Below, piece by piece: positions 16,037 to 24,717 of a stretch of 64,000 bases of DNA. The DNA lies in the IMG/VR virus record IMGVR_UViG_3300042887_000976, positions 1 through 64,000 of that record; one strand, written 5' to 3'. The stretch comes from a virus. The notes beneath the pieces were generated by a model. It made no database searches, was not told where the DNA came from, and saw nothing but the letters and a program-made list of their open reading frames with translations. A program made the translations under genes and the position numbers. Numbering within the stretch: the stretch's first letter is position 1; each line of letters begins with the position of its first letter.

Positions 16037-17476
16037 TCAAGAGTCTTCATCAGAAAAGTCAATGACATCTGCATACAGGGCATCGGTGGCTTCTTCGCTT
16101 AATCCACCATTAGGAAGCATCTTGCTGGTCTCCCCAACTTTTTGTCCAAACAGTCTTGAAAGAACGCCACTAGACCCACGAGTCTCAACTTCAATACGAA
16201 GCATTTCTCGGTTGTCACTGATGCGAGCCATTTTCTCCACAAGGTTAAATACTCGGTCAATTTCTGTAGAAAGGCTGGAATCAAGACCTTGTCCTTCTAG
16301 TTCTTCAGCGAACCTAGCGAACATTACACGACCTACTTGCATCTCCAATAAAGCCTTCATAGCAGCCTGAAGTTGGTCTTTGGACTTAATCTCTAAAGGC
16401 AAAGAAAACGCACATGTCGCATTTTCGTTAAATTGAGGGCATCGGGGAGCCAAATAGCAATTATTGCACTCCCTTAGTGGGTCAGCATTATATTTTAGAA
16501 GGTTAACCTTCTCAGGCTCAATTTCTAGTTCTTCTCCATCATTTCCAACGGTTCTATGGCCTAAAGACACCACAGATTCAATGCCCATTACGGGTAGTAA
16601 TGACCGCCCTCTTTCGTGCCGCTCATTTGATGGGGCTGTAGTAATACTTGACCCCCCTGGAGCCACTTTTTGAAAAGGAGGGGTAACACCCCCAATAGTA
16701 ATTATTGGGGGGTCAGAAGGGGGTCCAAACTCGTCTTCGTCATCAGCCACAGAAGGGTCATAGGCCCCAAAAGTATGGGTCTCCCATTGTTGCCAAGAAC
16801 GGATAGCAAGAGTGCCAACAGTGGCAACATCATCCTCCATTACAGAATCTATGTCCACATCAAGTCGTATAATATCTGCTCGGTGCTTCTTTCTGGCAGA
16901 CTCTTTTTGCTGGGCTGGATAACGGCGCAAACCATGACCATCCCAAACCTGAGTTTCCCCGTAGCGGATGACAGAAGTCCAAGAATTGACAATAACAGCA
17001 TCCCAAGGAAGGTGCTCAATGAGGTCAGGCTTAGAAGTAATGCCAATAAGTTTGGCTCCCCAACGGGCTGCCAATTGGCGAATTCTGACCATGTTACGAG
17101 GGTTTACAGCCTTGTCTGAGATGGCTACACGACCATACTTTTGACAAAGCCACGCAAGGCGTTCTAAGTCAGTTTCATCATTCCATACAGGAACATACTT
17201 ATCCCCAAGCCATGCTCCATCATAATCAGGGCGACCAATAACAATGGAAATGTCATCTGCGTAATTACGTACAAAATCATCAAAACGAGTCAAATCTTCA
17301 TCATTTTCAGAAGTATAGATAATGATTTCGTTACCTTGAAAAATGTCTGACAATACAAATTCCTTCTTTTTAGGAATTGGTAAATGTGTGAGATTTAGAG
17401 CAAAATGCTTGACGTTGTTGTCAAGCAACATACGCCGATATGAACCTTTTTCTGACCCTCCGAAAAAGACTTTCAC
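16037..17476 (-). CDS. Conserved phage protein: alpha/beta N-terminal domain, CxxC-x5-C-x8-C cluster, helical tail
   Basis: 479 aa; YVPVW, NSW....RYGET.VWDG; RECNNCYLAPRCPQF....TC. Confidence 0.7.
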   Translation of the reverse strand: MKVFFGGSEKGSYRRMLLDNNVKHFALNLTHLPIPKKKEFVLSDIFQGNEIIIYTSENDEDLTRFDDFVRNYADDISIVIGRPDYDGAWLGDKYVPVWNDETDLERLAWLCQKYGRVAISDKAVNPRNMVRIRQLAARWGAKLIGITSKPDLIEHLPWDAVIVNSWTSVIRYGETQVWDGHGLRRYPAQQKESARKKHRADIIRLDVDIDSVMEDDVATVGTLAIRSWQQWETHTFGAYDPSVADDEDEFGPPSDPPIITIGGVTPPFQKVAPGGSSITTAPSNERHERGRSLLPVMGIESVVSLGHRTVGNDGEELEIEPEKVNLLKYNADPLRECNNCYLAPRCPQFNENATCAFSLPLEIKSKDQLQAAMKALLEMQVGRVMFARFAEELEGQGLDSSLSTEIDRVFNLVEKMARISDNREMLRIEVETRGSSGVLSRLFGQKVGETSKMLPNGGLSEEATDALYADVIDFSDEDS

Positions 17477-17766
17477 TCCCAACCTGGCCTGCGCCAGATT
17501 GATGGAGAATGGGCAGATTCCACGAGTAGACGCTCTGCAACATCGTGGTAGGGGCGAATCATGTGGATGCAGGGGTCAAGCCCTTGTTCAAACTCTTCGT
17601 ATTCTCCCTCGGTCATTGGTTCTCCATCATGGGTGATGCATACAGGGGGTCCACAAAAACTGTTTTCCAACCCGTAAGCCATCCATTCATCAAAATTCAT
17701 TATGAGTGGTTTTGGTGGACCGTATGGTTCTGAACCAACGCCCCCATGTTCATTAATCTGACTCAC
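17473..17766 (-). CDS. Hypothetical protein
   Basis: CGPPVC.THDG.P....E...F..G.DPC.H.IR. Confidence 0.7.
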   Translation of the reverse strand: MSQINEHGGVGSEPYGPPKPLIMNFDEWMAYGLENSFCGPPVCITHDGEPMTEGEYEEFEQGLDPCIHMIRPYHDVAERLLVESAHSPSIWRRPGWE

Positions 17767-18229
17767 GCCATGTCCTTTCTGCCTTCGCTAATGCTTGGCT
17801 TTCAATTTCCTCAACAAGTACATCCCAACTTTTTAGAACTCTTTCTTCGTTCCATTCAAGTCGGATGGTGTCGGGTACCGTCAATAGTAGCGTGGGTATA
17901 CCCATATGCGCAACCTTCGCAACAGCAATTGGGTCAATATCTATGTACCAATTAATTTTGCCGTAAACAGCATTAAAAGAAGCAACACGGTCAATCTTTA
18001 CATCCACACTGTCTTCTAAAACAATGTCTACGGTAGTGGCTTTGTAGCCTTCACGCTTTAACCATTCAAGAAGAATGGGAGTATTTGTAATGCCTGTAGC
18101 CATGATGGCTAACTTGTTGTTGTACCCAGCATTTAGGGCTCCCCATAGTCGGCGCATTTCTTTTCGTGGAATACGAGCACCAATTTCATCACCAGGGGAA
18201 GCAATGGCATCAAAATTAATTAGAATCAC
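17753..18229 (-). CDS. HAD-like fold protein, probably degenerate
   Basis: MILINFD start, W YID.DP. Confidence 0.6.
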   Translation of the reverse strand: MILINFDAIASPGDEIGARIPRKEMRRLWGALNAGYNNKLAIMATGITNTPILLEWLKREGYKATTVDIVLEDSVDVKIDRVASFNAVYGKINWYIDIDPIAVAKVAHMGIPTLLLTVPDTIRLEWNEERVLKSWDVLVEEIESQALAKAERTWRESD

Positions 18230-18693
18230 TTGTCGTAAAGACCCATTTCAGTGCGTTGGCGATGCGTATAGTATTCGGCGGCAGGGCAGTACATACACAC
18301 ATATTGTCGTTTTTCTTTAGGAATACCAGTTTTACGTCCAATAGTCTTATCGTCATTGCACCAATCAATGCAACCCTGACTTGGTCGGTTGTGACGACTA
18401 AAACATTTGAGTGCATCAACTTTTAACTCATCTCGGAAGTCACGGATGTAAACATCTTGGTCTTGCAACTCTCTTTTAAGTGCTGTTTCTACATCTAACT
18501 TAGATGCAGTTTCTGGGTCTGTGCGATAGATTAATGCTCTACAGTTCTGAGGGTCGGGTACCTGTGCGTTATGTCGGTCACATAGTTCACGCAACTCTTG
18601 GTCATATTCAGGTGGTCCATCATACGGACGCATCTTCCACATAACCCCATGGGTTTTGCATACAAGTAGACGGTCAAAGTCTTTATCAGCCAT
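18226..18693 (-). CDS. Cys/His-rich hypothetical protein
   Basis: C..H, C..H.RP...C.DW, C.YCP. Confidence 0.7.
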   Translation of the reverse strand: MADKDFDRLLVCKTHGVMWKMRPYDGPPEYDQELRELCDRHNAQVPDPQNCRALIYRTDPETASKLDVETALKRELQDQDVYIRDFRDELKVDALKCFSRHNRPSQGCIDWCNDDKTIGRKTGIPKEKRQYVCMYCPAAEYYTHRQRTEMGLYDK

Positions 18694-18754
18694 TTTGTGC
18701 TCCTAGTAGTTTCTGTAAGGTATCTTACATGATACCTAGTGGTGTTGTCTACTG

Positions 18755-18952
18755 TTACTGAAGGTGCGATTCAAAATTTGGGAAGTTTGGTGCTTCTTGA
18801 ATATTATATTGAATTTGAAGCATGTTTTTGCGAATAGCGGCTGCTGTTGGGTCAACATTGCCACCACGGTTTGGGGTAAGTGATTTAAACTTGCCATCGC
18901 CTGCACCTAGAGTGAGGTCACGATTGCATGAGCGGGATTCATTAACTGCCAT
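18755..18952 (-). CDS. Small hypothetical protein
   Basis: MAVNESRS.N.DL..GA.DGKFK. Confidence 0.65.
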   Translation of the reverse strand: MAVNESRSCNRDLTLGAGDGKFKSLTPNRGGNVDPTAAAIRKNMLQIQYNIQEAPNFPNFESHLQ

Positions 18953-18955
18953 AAT

Positions 18956-20485
18956 TTACTTCTTTCCTTTGGGTTTTGCGGCTGCTTTTTTAGCAGGTGC
19001 TTTAGAGGCAACTGACTTTGGGCCTTCAACTGTTTGTGGAATTAAAGTAGTTAAAGGTTTCATTGATGCTTTATCATTTAAAGGATTTTTACCCATGACT
19101 GGTTTATAGTCTGGGTCACCAATTTTTGGTTTTGGTTTTGCTGGACCATATTTTTTAGCGCCAACTCCACCTTGCTCGTTAATCTTACGACCCTGAGTCT
19201 TGGGAGCACCAATGTTACCTGTAGCAGCAGCAGTTGCTTCTTGAGCAGTAGCATACCCAGACTTAGGACCTTGAACAGGTTGTGACATTGGTCCTGCTGC
19301 TGGCGCTTGTGGACCTGCTGTTTCGGAAAGCCAAGGTCCATTAACACCTTTTTCATTTAATTTTTGACGGGCTGTGGCAGCCTCAGGACCACCCTTTTCG
19401 TCATTAGCATGAGCGTAAAGACCATCTGGCACTTTAGTACGGTTACTTTCGTCAAGTTGACCCATAGGTTGTGGACCTGATTCAATAGCACCAGCAGGTT
19501 GTGGTCCTGCACCAATTGCAGGAGTACCTGGACGCTGTGGACCCGCAACAGGTGTTTGTGGACCTACTGGTGGAGCACTAGTTTGCTGTCCAACTGGAAT
19601 TTGTGGGCGACCAGGACCTACTGGAGGAGCACCAATTTGTGGAGGAGTTCCAGGAGGCTGCATCTTTATTGGTGGCGGTGCTGGTGGAAAAGGAGGTGGC
19701 GGTGGTGGGCCATAAATTGGCGGAGTAGGACCTACTGGCGGAGTTGGAGGCGGAGTAGGACCGACTGGAGGAGTCGGCGGTGGCGGCGGTGGAGTCGGCG
19801 TTGTGGGACCAACTGGAGGAGTTGGACTACCACCACCGAATGTACTGTTGTTTCCGCTGAAGGCTGTCTGTCGTCCTCCACTATTTTTGGATTGAAAGGA
19901 GTTATCGTAATCGCCGTTTCCAACATTAGCGCCTCCCATATTACCGTAGACAGTTCCGTAGTTGTCGTTACCTTGAACCATGGTAATGCCATGTGATGCT
20001 AACGCACCACTAAAATCTCCACGCCGACCACGGCGCATACCACGACTATTAGCAGGGGAAGTAATAGATGCATTTTGGCTTCGTCCACCACCTGCAACTG
20101 GAGGACCCATTAAACCATCGTCTGCCATATCGGAACCATTTCTTGAAGAGGCGGTTGAGCCTGAATTGTCTTTATCCATTTTACCATCACGTGAGTCTTT
20201 GTATTTTTTAGCGGCCCAGCCACCTACGCCACCAACAGTCTTTTCAATGGTATCGTTCAAGCCTGTAAACATGTTGTAATGGTTTACACCAGTATCATAA
20301 TTGGGTCCACCGCCACCGCCACGGACACCCCGAAAGGTAGAAGGTGAACCTGGAGGTGCTTGGTACGTCCCAGGTTGTCCTGTCTTACGCCACATTTCCC
20401 AGTCCATGTGGCTTTGTGGAGCACGCCCTTGCTGTTGCAAGTAGCGGTTAATATCTTTATTTGTATTGAAGTCTGAATCTGTCAT
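18956..20485 (-). CDS. Gly/Pro-rich low-complexity protein
   Basis: 509 aa; TPPVGP repeats; Lys/Ala-rich tail. Confidence 0.75.
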   Translation of the reverse strand: MTDSDFNTNKDINRYLQQQGRAPQSHMDWEMWRKTGQPGTYQAPPGSPSTFRGVRGGGGGPNYDTGVNHYNMFTGLNDTIEKTVGGVGGWAAKKYKDSRDGKMDKDNSGSTASSRNGSDMADDGLMGPPVAGGGRSQNASITSPANSRGMRRGRRGDFSGALASHGITMVQGNDNYGTVYGNMGGANVGNGDYDNSFQSKNSGGRQTAFSGNNSTFGGGSPTPPVGPTTPTPPPPPPTPPVGPTPPPTPPVGPTPPIYGPPPPPPFPPAPPPIKMQPPGTPPQIGAPPVGPGRPQIPVGQQTSAPPVGPQTPVAGPQRPGTPAIGAGPQPAGAIESGPQPMGQLDESNRTKVPDGLYAHANDEKGGPEAATARQKLNEKGVNGPWLSETAGPQAPAAGPMSQPVQGPKSGYATAQEATAAATGNIGAPKTQGRKINEQGGVGAKKYGPAKPKPKIGDPDYKPVMGKNPLNDKASMKPLTTLIPQTVEGPKSVASKAPAKKAAAKPKGKK

Positions 20486-20487
20486 TA

Positions 20488-20715
20488 CTATTGACCTGCT
20501 TGTGCAGACTTTTCAATTTGGTTAGCAAGAATACTTTGCAAAGTAGATGTGGTGCCATGTTGCTTCAAAAGGTCAGAGGCGCTTCCCCATGCTTCAGTTT
20601 CTGACATACCATGGTTGCGCTGGATATGTTGCGCAAGAATGGCTGTAAGAACATGAGGAGAATGGGTCTCCATCAATTTACGAGCCTCTTCATGGTAGTT
20701 TGTTTCATTTTCCAT
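20488..20715 (-). CDS. Small hypothetical protein
   Basis: TAATG-coupled ORF. Confidence 0.65.
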   Translation of the reverse strand: MENETNYHEEARKLMETHSPHVLTAILAQHIQRNHGMSETEAWGSASDLLKQHGTTSTLQSILANQIEKSAQAGQ

Positions 20716-21020
20716 TATGCCCACAATCCTTGCATTGAGTAGCGACTAGAACCTTCAAAGTTGTCTTCCATAAAACCATTACGGAACATAACTGGAGCAC
20801 CTGAAACCCAACGGCTATAAGTTGGCATAGTTCTTGGAGTATCAAGTACATCCATTATAGTCATTTCTTGACGGTTAAACCCACGGGTTTGTGGAAACAA
20901 CTGTTGTGGTACAAGCGGACGAATTGCTCTAATTTGTTCTGGGGGTAGCAAATAAGATTGTAAAGCCTGGTCTACCAGCATCTCTGTATGAGACTGATTG
21001 GGCTTGTACGGAACTTGCAT
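20715..21020 (-). CDS. Small hypothetical protein
   Basis: TAATG-coupled ORF. Confidence 0.65.
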   Translation of the reverse strand: MQVPYKPNQSHTEMLVDQALQSYLLPPEQIRAIRPLVPQQLFPQTRGFNRQEMTIMDVLDTPRTMPTYSRWVSGAPVMFRNGFMEDNFEGSSRYSMQGLWA

Positions 21021-21274
21021 TATTGGATGTCAGCAACAACTTGTGGTGATTGTGAAAGAGATGCAATAATGTCACGGCGGGTACCCTGCATACGGCTCAT
21101 TGCACGCATGTCATGGTTAGTTTCTGCAATGCCACCTGGGTCATGGCTATTTGGAATGTTATTTGCATTTAAAGCATTGTAAGCGCCCAAAGCAGCAGCA
21201 AGAACTTGTGGTTCTGCTGCCATCATGTGTGCAATTCTTGCGGGGTTATCCCGCTCGTCAATTCCTCTAGTCAT
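21020..21274 (-). CDS. RGxD...PxR-tag family protein
   Basis: N-terminus MTRGIDERDNPAR. Confidence 0.75.
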   Translation of the reverse strand: MTRGIDERDNPARIAHMMAAEPQVLAAALGAYNALNANNIPNSHDPGGIAETNHDMRAMSRMQGTRRDIIASLSQSPQVVADIQ

Positions 21275-21471
21275 TGGGGTTCCTTAGGTGTATTAGATGG
21301 GTGGGCGGCACGAGAACTTTGTTGTTTTTGTTCCATAATATATTCTGTAACTGCATCGTGCGGTTCAGACGGATTAGCAAAGTTAACCCAAAGAACATTA
21401 GGAGTATTAACATTCCGCACAACTACTGGGTTGCGCTTAGGATTATTTCGTTCATCACGCCCTCGTGACAT
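21271..21471 (-). CDS. RGxD...PxR-tag family protein
   Basis: N-terminus MSRGRDERNNPKR. Confidence 0.75.
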   Translation of the reverse strand: MSRGRDERNNPKRNPVVVRNVNTPNVLWVNFANPSEPHDAVTEYIMEQKQQSSRAAHPSNTPKEPQ

Positions 21472-21758
21472 TACTGCTCCTCGTTGTCTTTTTGCGCTTC
21501 TAAGTGTTTACGCAAATTTGTAAGACGCTCTTTTTCACGTGGGTGAGGAGCGCCATAATCTAAAGTTTGGTTAATTTCCGCAAAAGTACCTTCACTGATT
21601 TCACCTTTTGATGCAAAACGTCCTAAAGCAGTATCATTACCCTGTGACCAGTCACGGGCTACTTGCTGTGGTCCATCATTAAGTTCAAATTGAGGGGTCG
21701 GTTTTGGACGACCTACTTGGCGCTTTGGGTGGTCACGAGTATCTTTTCCACGAGGCAT
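21471..21758 (-). CDS. RGxD...PxR-tag family protein
   Basis: N-terminus MPRGKDTRDHPKR (start moved to the TAATG overlap). Confidence 0.75.
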   Translation of the reverse strand: MPRGKDTRDHPKRQVGRPKPTPQFELNDGPQQVARDWSQGNDTALGRFASKGEISEGTFAEINQTLDYGAPHPREKERLTNLRKHLEAQKDNEEQ

Positions 21759-21994
21759 TATTTTGCTCCACATCCAACACAAGGAACACGCTTACTAGGG
21801 TGGATAGATTCCCTGTCGTGCCACTCCAATGCTTCTCCCATGTCGTCAGTGCAATTGCTACAAAGTGGTCCGTCTTCGTCTTGACCAGCATTGGCACGAT
21901 TTTGGTAGTATTCCATATCTGCACCCGTCATCATGAATGATTGACGGTCAACACCACGATTAGGGTGTTTACTAGTATCTTCTCCACGAGGCAT
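21758..21994 (-). CDS. RGxD...PxR-tag family protein with Zn-ribbon-like payload
   Basis: N-terminus MPRGEDTSKHPNR; CSNC...CVGC. Confidence 0.75.
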   Translation of the reverse strand: MPRGEDTSKHPNRGVDRQSFMMTGADMEYYQNRANAGQDEDGPLCSNCTDDMGEALEWHDRESIHPSKRVPCVGCGAK

Positions 21995-22185
21995 TAGTAA
22001 TCCTCGTTTTCTTCACGGTTGTCAAAATACTGATTAGTAGCATGCGCTGCTACGCCACCTACAATAGCACCTATTGGACCATATCCAGCAGCACCAATAG
22101 CAGCACCACCTGCTACTCGCAACATGTTATGTAGTTTGTGATGGTCCATTCCATGTCCATCATCAAAAGACTTTCTGCGTGCCAT
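21994..22185 (-). CDS. Small glycine-zipper protein
   Basis: AGGAAIGAAGYGPIGAIVGGVAA. Confidence 0.7.
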   Translation of the reverse strand: MARRKSFDDGHGMDHHKLHNMLRVAGGAAIGAAGYGPIGAIVGGVAAHATNQYFDNREENEDY

Positions 22186-22481
22186 TATTGATTATTCCAT
22201 CCTAGTTTGCCACCCTCTACCATGCCACCTTGCGTGATGGCTCCACGAATAGCCAAATGGCGAGCATTTTGAGGTGACTCACCATAACCTCGGTAAGTGC
22301 GGTATGATGCACGAGCATTCGCAGCACCTTCGGGATTTAACATAGTTGTTGGTCCTGTGGGATGGGAGTATCCCTGTGCTCTATAGCCTGCCAAAGTGTC
22401 CTTAGACATTCCACGGAACTCACTACGTGGTGTTGAGCGGTGGTTACCACCAACTGAATTTCCTCTATGGTCAGTAGTCAT
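22185..22481 (-). CDS. TDHRGN-tag protein
   Basis: N-terminus MTTDHRGNSVGGNHRSTPR. Confidence 0.7.
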   Translation of the reverse strand: MTTDHRGNSVGGNHRSTPRSEFRGMSKDTLAGYRAQGYSHPTGPTTMLNPEGAANARASYRTYRGYGESPQNARHLAIRGAITQGGMVEGGKLGWNNQ

Positions 22482-22876
22482 TAGTAAAAAATACCTTCAG
22501 CAGGGTCTTTTGACTCTTTGTATTTTACCGTGGGTGGGTACTCGTAGGGAGAACTGTAGCCCATTGAGTTTTTACCTGAACGAGCGTCTACTGCTTCAGA
22601 AATAGCCGTAGGAATGTGGTCAATACGGTTACCAACATTGTCATCGTCTGGAACGGGTTTGTCAGGGTGGTAAGGGGTTGAGTAATCAACACCATAATGT
22701 GCATCGTCTAGGTAATCGTTTCCTTTGCGGTGCTCATCAATAACTTCCTGTGCGGTGTCTGAATCAATTTTATAGTAACGTTGAAGCGCTTGGATAACAC
22801 GGGGGGTAGGGCGGTGCCCACCATGTGATGTATCAGGGTTTCCTACTGGATTTCCTCTATGGTCAGTTGGCGGCAT
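22481..22876 (-). CDS. TDHRGN-tag protein
   Basis: N-terminus MPPTDHRGNPVG...GGHRPTPR. Confidence 0.7.
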   Translation of the reverse strand: MPPTDHRGNPVGNPDTSHGGHRPTPRVIQALQRYYKIDSDTAQEVIDEHRKGNDYLDDAHYGVDYSTPYHPDKPVPDDDNVGNRIDHIPTAISEAVDARSGKNSMGYSSPYEYPPTVKYKESKDPAEGIFY

Positions 22877-23136
22877 TAGTAGTGTCCTTTCTTCAGACGC
22901 TCTTCTCTAAGGTTATACTCTTCTTCAACATCTTCAGGGTCCCAGGGGTCAAGTACTTCATCTAAGTTAGGGCGAGGGATACCATGTGGAGGTGCGTCAT
23001 CTTCATGGCGGATGTTAGACGTATCAGGGCGAGGGATACCATGTGGAGGTGCATCATCATTATCTTGGGTATTCGTGATACGTGGGTCAACTGGGCGGCG
23101 ACCTGGATGGTCTCGTGAATCTTTACCTCTTGGCAT
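22876..23136 (-). CDS. RGxD...PxR-tag family protein with internal repeat
   Basis: N-terminus MPRGKDSRDHPGR; DDAPPHGIPRP twice. Confidence 0.75.
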   Translation of the reverse strand: MPRGKDSRDHPGRRPVDPRITNTQDNDDAPPHGIPRPDTSNIRHEDDAPPHGIPRPNLDEVLDPWDPEDVEEEYNLREERLKKGHY

Positions 23137-23150
23137 AACTCTATTTTACC

Positions 23151-23642
23151 TTATTTCCACGGCGGTGCTAATGATTTAAGAAGAGCACGCCGTTCAGCAC
23201 TAATCTCTTGAACCTGTTCTTCTCCTTGGCGAGAAGGGATGCCACGAGGACCTACTTTTCCATCATTGGTAAGACGAACAGGTTCTGCTCCAGGGGGAGC
23301 AAATTTAAGACCTTGAGATTCTAATTGAATTCCTGTCCAAAGGTTAAACTCTTCGGGCCAAACGTAGTCACCAGGGTTGATGCGCTCACCTTTATGGACA
23401 CCACGGCTGTACTGCCGAGCATTCATACGACTTAATGTTCCAAGAATCTTGTCTTGGCGGCGGTTAGAAGACATGGTGCCAAGGTATCCGTCTGGATACT
23501 GTTCTTCTACACCTGTGCGGTACCCCGATAGCAACTGGTCTTTAGAGTTGCGCCAAACTGGAGAAGGCCCCATGCTGGCAGCAGTTCCCATACCAGGAGG
23601 TTCATTAGCGCTACCCCACTGAGTAAATGTATTAGCAGCCAT
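23151..23642 (-). CDS. Hypothetical phage protein
   Basis: YPDGYLGT..S.RR.D, Y.RGVHKGERI.P.DY.WP; C-terminal P.WK. Confidence 0.75.
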   Translation of the reverse strand: MAANTFTQWGSANEPPGMGTAASMGPSPVWRNSKDQLLSGYRTGVEEQYPDGYLGTMSSNRRQDKILGTLSRMNARQYSRGVHKGERINPGDYVWPEEFNLWTGIQLESQGLKFAPPGAEPVRLTNDGKVGPRGIPSRQGEEQVQEISAERRALLKSLAPPWK

Positions 23643-23782
23643 TACTGTAACCCACCTGCGCTAGGACCACCTACAAGACCCCCTTGACCACCACCTACTG
23701 TGGAAACGGGACGAGGGGGGCGTGACATAAACTTTTGGTATTTGCCACTAGCGGGTTGACGGTTACGCTTACGAGAAGGCAT
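23642..23782 (-). CDS. Small basic/Gly-rich protein
   Basis: MPSRKRNRQP...; TAATG overlaps at both ends. Confidence 0.55.
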   Translation of the reverse strand: MPSRKRNRQPASGKYQKFMSRPPRPVSTVGGGQGGLVGGPSAGGLQ

Positions 23783-23952
23783 TAATATGAAGTCTTCGGT
23801 GGTTCGTGGGACGGGTCTTTCTCCATCTTCCGATATTGTTCGTCTTCCCAAGCGGTCTGTTGTTCTTCTGGATTCAACTTTGCGTATACTTTCCCGTACT
23901 CGCCATCCATGCCACCACGTTGCGTAATACGTTTTCCGTTATGTGTTGTCAT
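23782..23952 (-). CDS. Small protein (56 aa, not in track)
   Basis: Manual translation MTTHNGKRITQRGG...KTSY*; AAGGA RBS. Confidence 0.55.
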   Translation of the reverse strand: MTTHNGKRITQRGGMDGEYGKVYAKLNPEEQQTAWEDEQYRKMEKDPSHEPPKTSY

Positions 23953-23961
23953 AATCAGTCC

Positions 23962-24252
23962 TTACTTAATAATTGGTTTAAAAGAAATTGCAGAAATTGT
24001 TTCTCCGTCATTGCCTGGGATGTCATCAAACCCAATAACAAAAGATAAATCAATTCCACGTGGGGCAACAAAGCCACGGGCGATAGCGCAGGCTTTGGCT
24101 GCTTGGTTTACTGCTGATGCGCCAATAGCACGCATTTTAGGCATTTGCCCAGCATTAATAGCACGAGCCATGATGGAACCTACGGATTGCGGGTTACTAG
24201 AACCCGATACCTTCAGAATATCGTCAATGGTGGTGTTCAGTTCTTGTGACAT
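23962..24252 (-). CDS. spoVS: SpoVS-like (Alba-fold) protein
   Basis: ILKVS.SS.P.SV, AIGA.AVNQA.KA.AIARGFVAP.G.DL...F.DI; matches the SpoVS consensus along its whole length. Confidence 0.9.
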   Translation of the reverse strand: MSQELNTTIDDILKVSGSSNPQSVGSIMARAINAGQMPKMRAIGASAVNQAAKACAIARGFVAPRGIDLSFVIGFDDIPGNDGETISAISFKPIIK

Positions 24253-24286
24253 AAAAGACTCCTAGTAGAATAGTTATACCTTTATT

Positions 24287-24652
24287 TTACTGATAACCAG
24301 CCTCATCTAAGAGCCCTGTGAGGTCTTCTAGACGCATCACAACGTATGAATCACCCAATGCTTTTTCCCCCTTACCAGGGCGTTTAACAACCAACACAGG
24401 AACTGCACCACCAAGGCGTTCAGCCTGTTCTACAGTGTCATTAAGCCATTGGCTCAGTTGGAATGCTTTTTGGTTTTTGCATTGAACCGCCACTTTTCTA
24501 AGAGGGCTCTTGCGAGCAATCCCATTGATATCCCCAGTGTCATTGCCACCAGATAATGCAGGACGGTGAGCATTGATAAACCCCTTGTTGATTAAGTAGT
24601 CCCTTACAGAAACTTCAAACGATGTGCCTTTGGCTTTAGCCTTATTTGACAC
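24287..24652 (-). CDS. Holliday junction resolvase-like PD-(D/E)xK nuclease
   Basis: K.KGT.FE..V..YL...GF..A.R..L.G..D.GDI.G, QCKN; GTG start. Confidence 0.8.
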   Translation of the reverse strand: MSNKAKAKGTSFEVSVRDYLINKGFINAHRPALSGGNDTGDINGIARKSPLRKVAVQCKNQKAFQLSQWLNDTVEQAERLGGAVPVLVVKRPGKGEKALGDSYVVMRLEDLTGLLDEAGYQ

Positions 24653-24717
24653 GGTAATTTTCCCGTTGCCAAAGAATAATGACAAGCATTGCGCCAATAA
24701 AAAAACCTGCAATAAAA

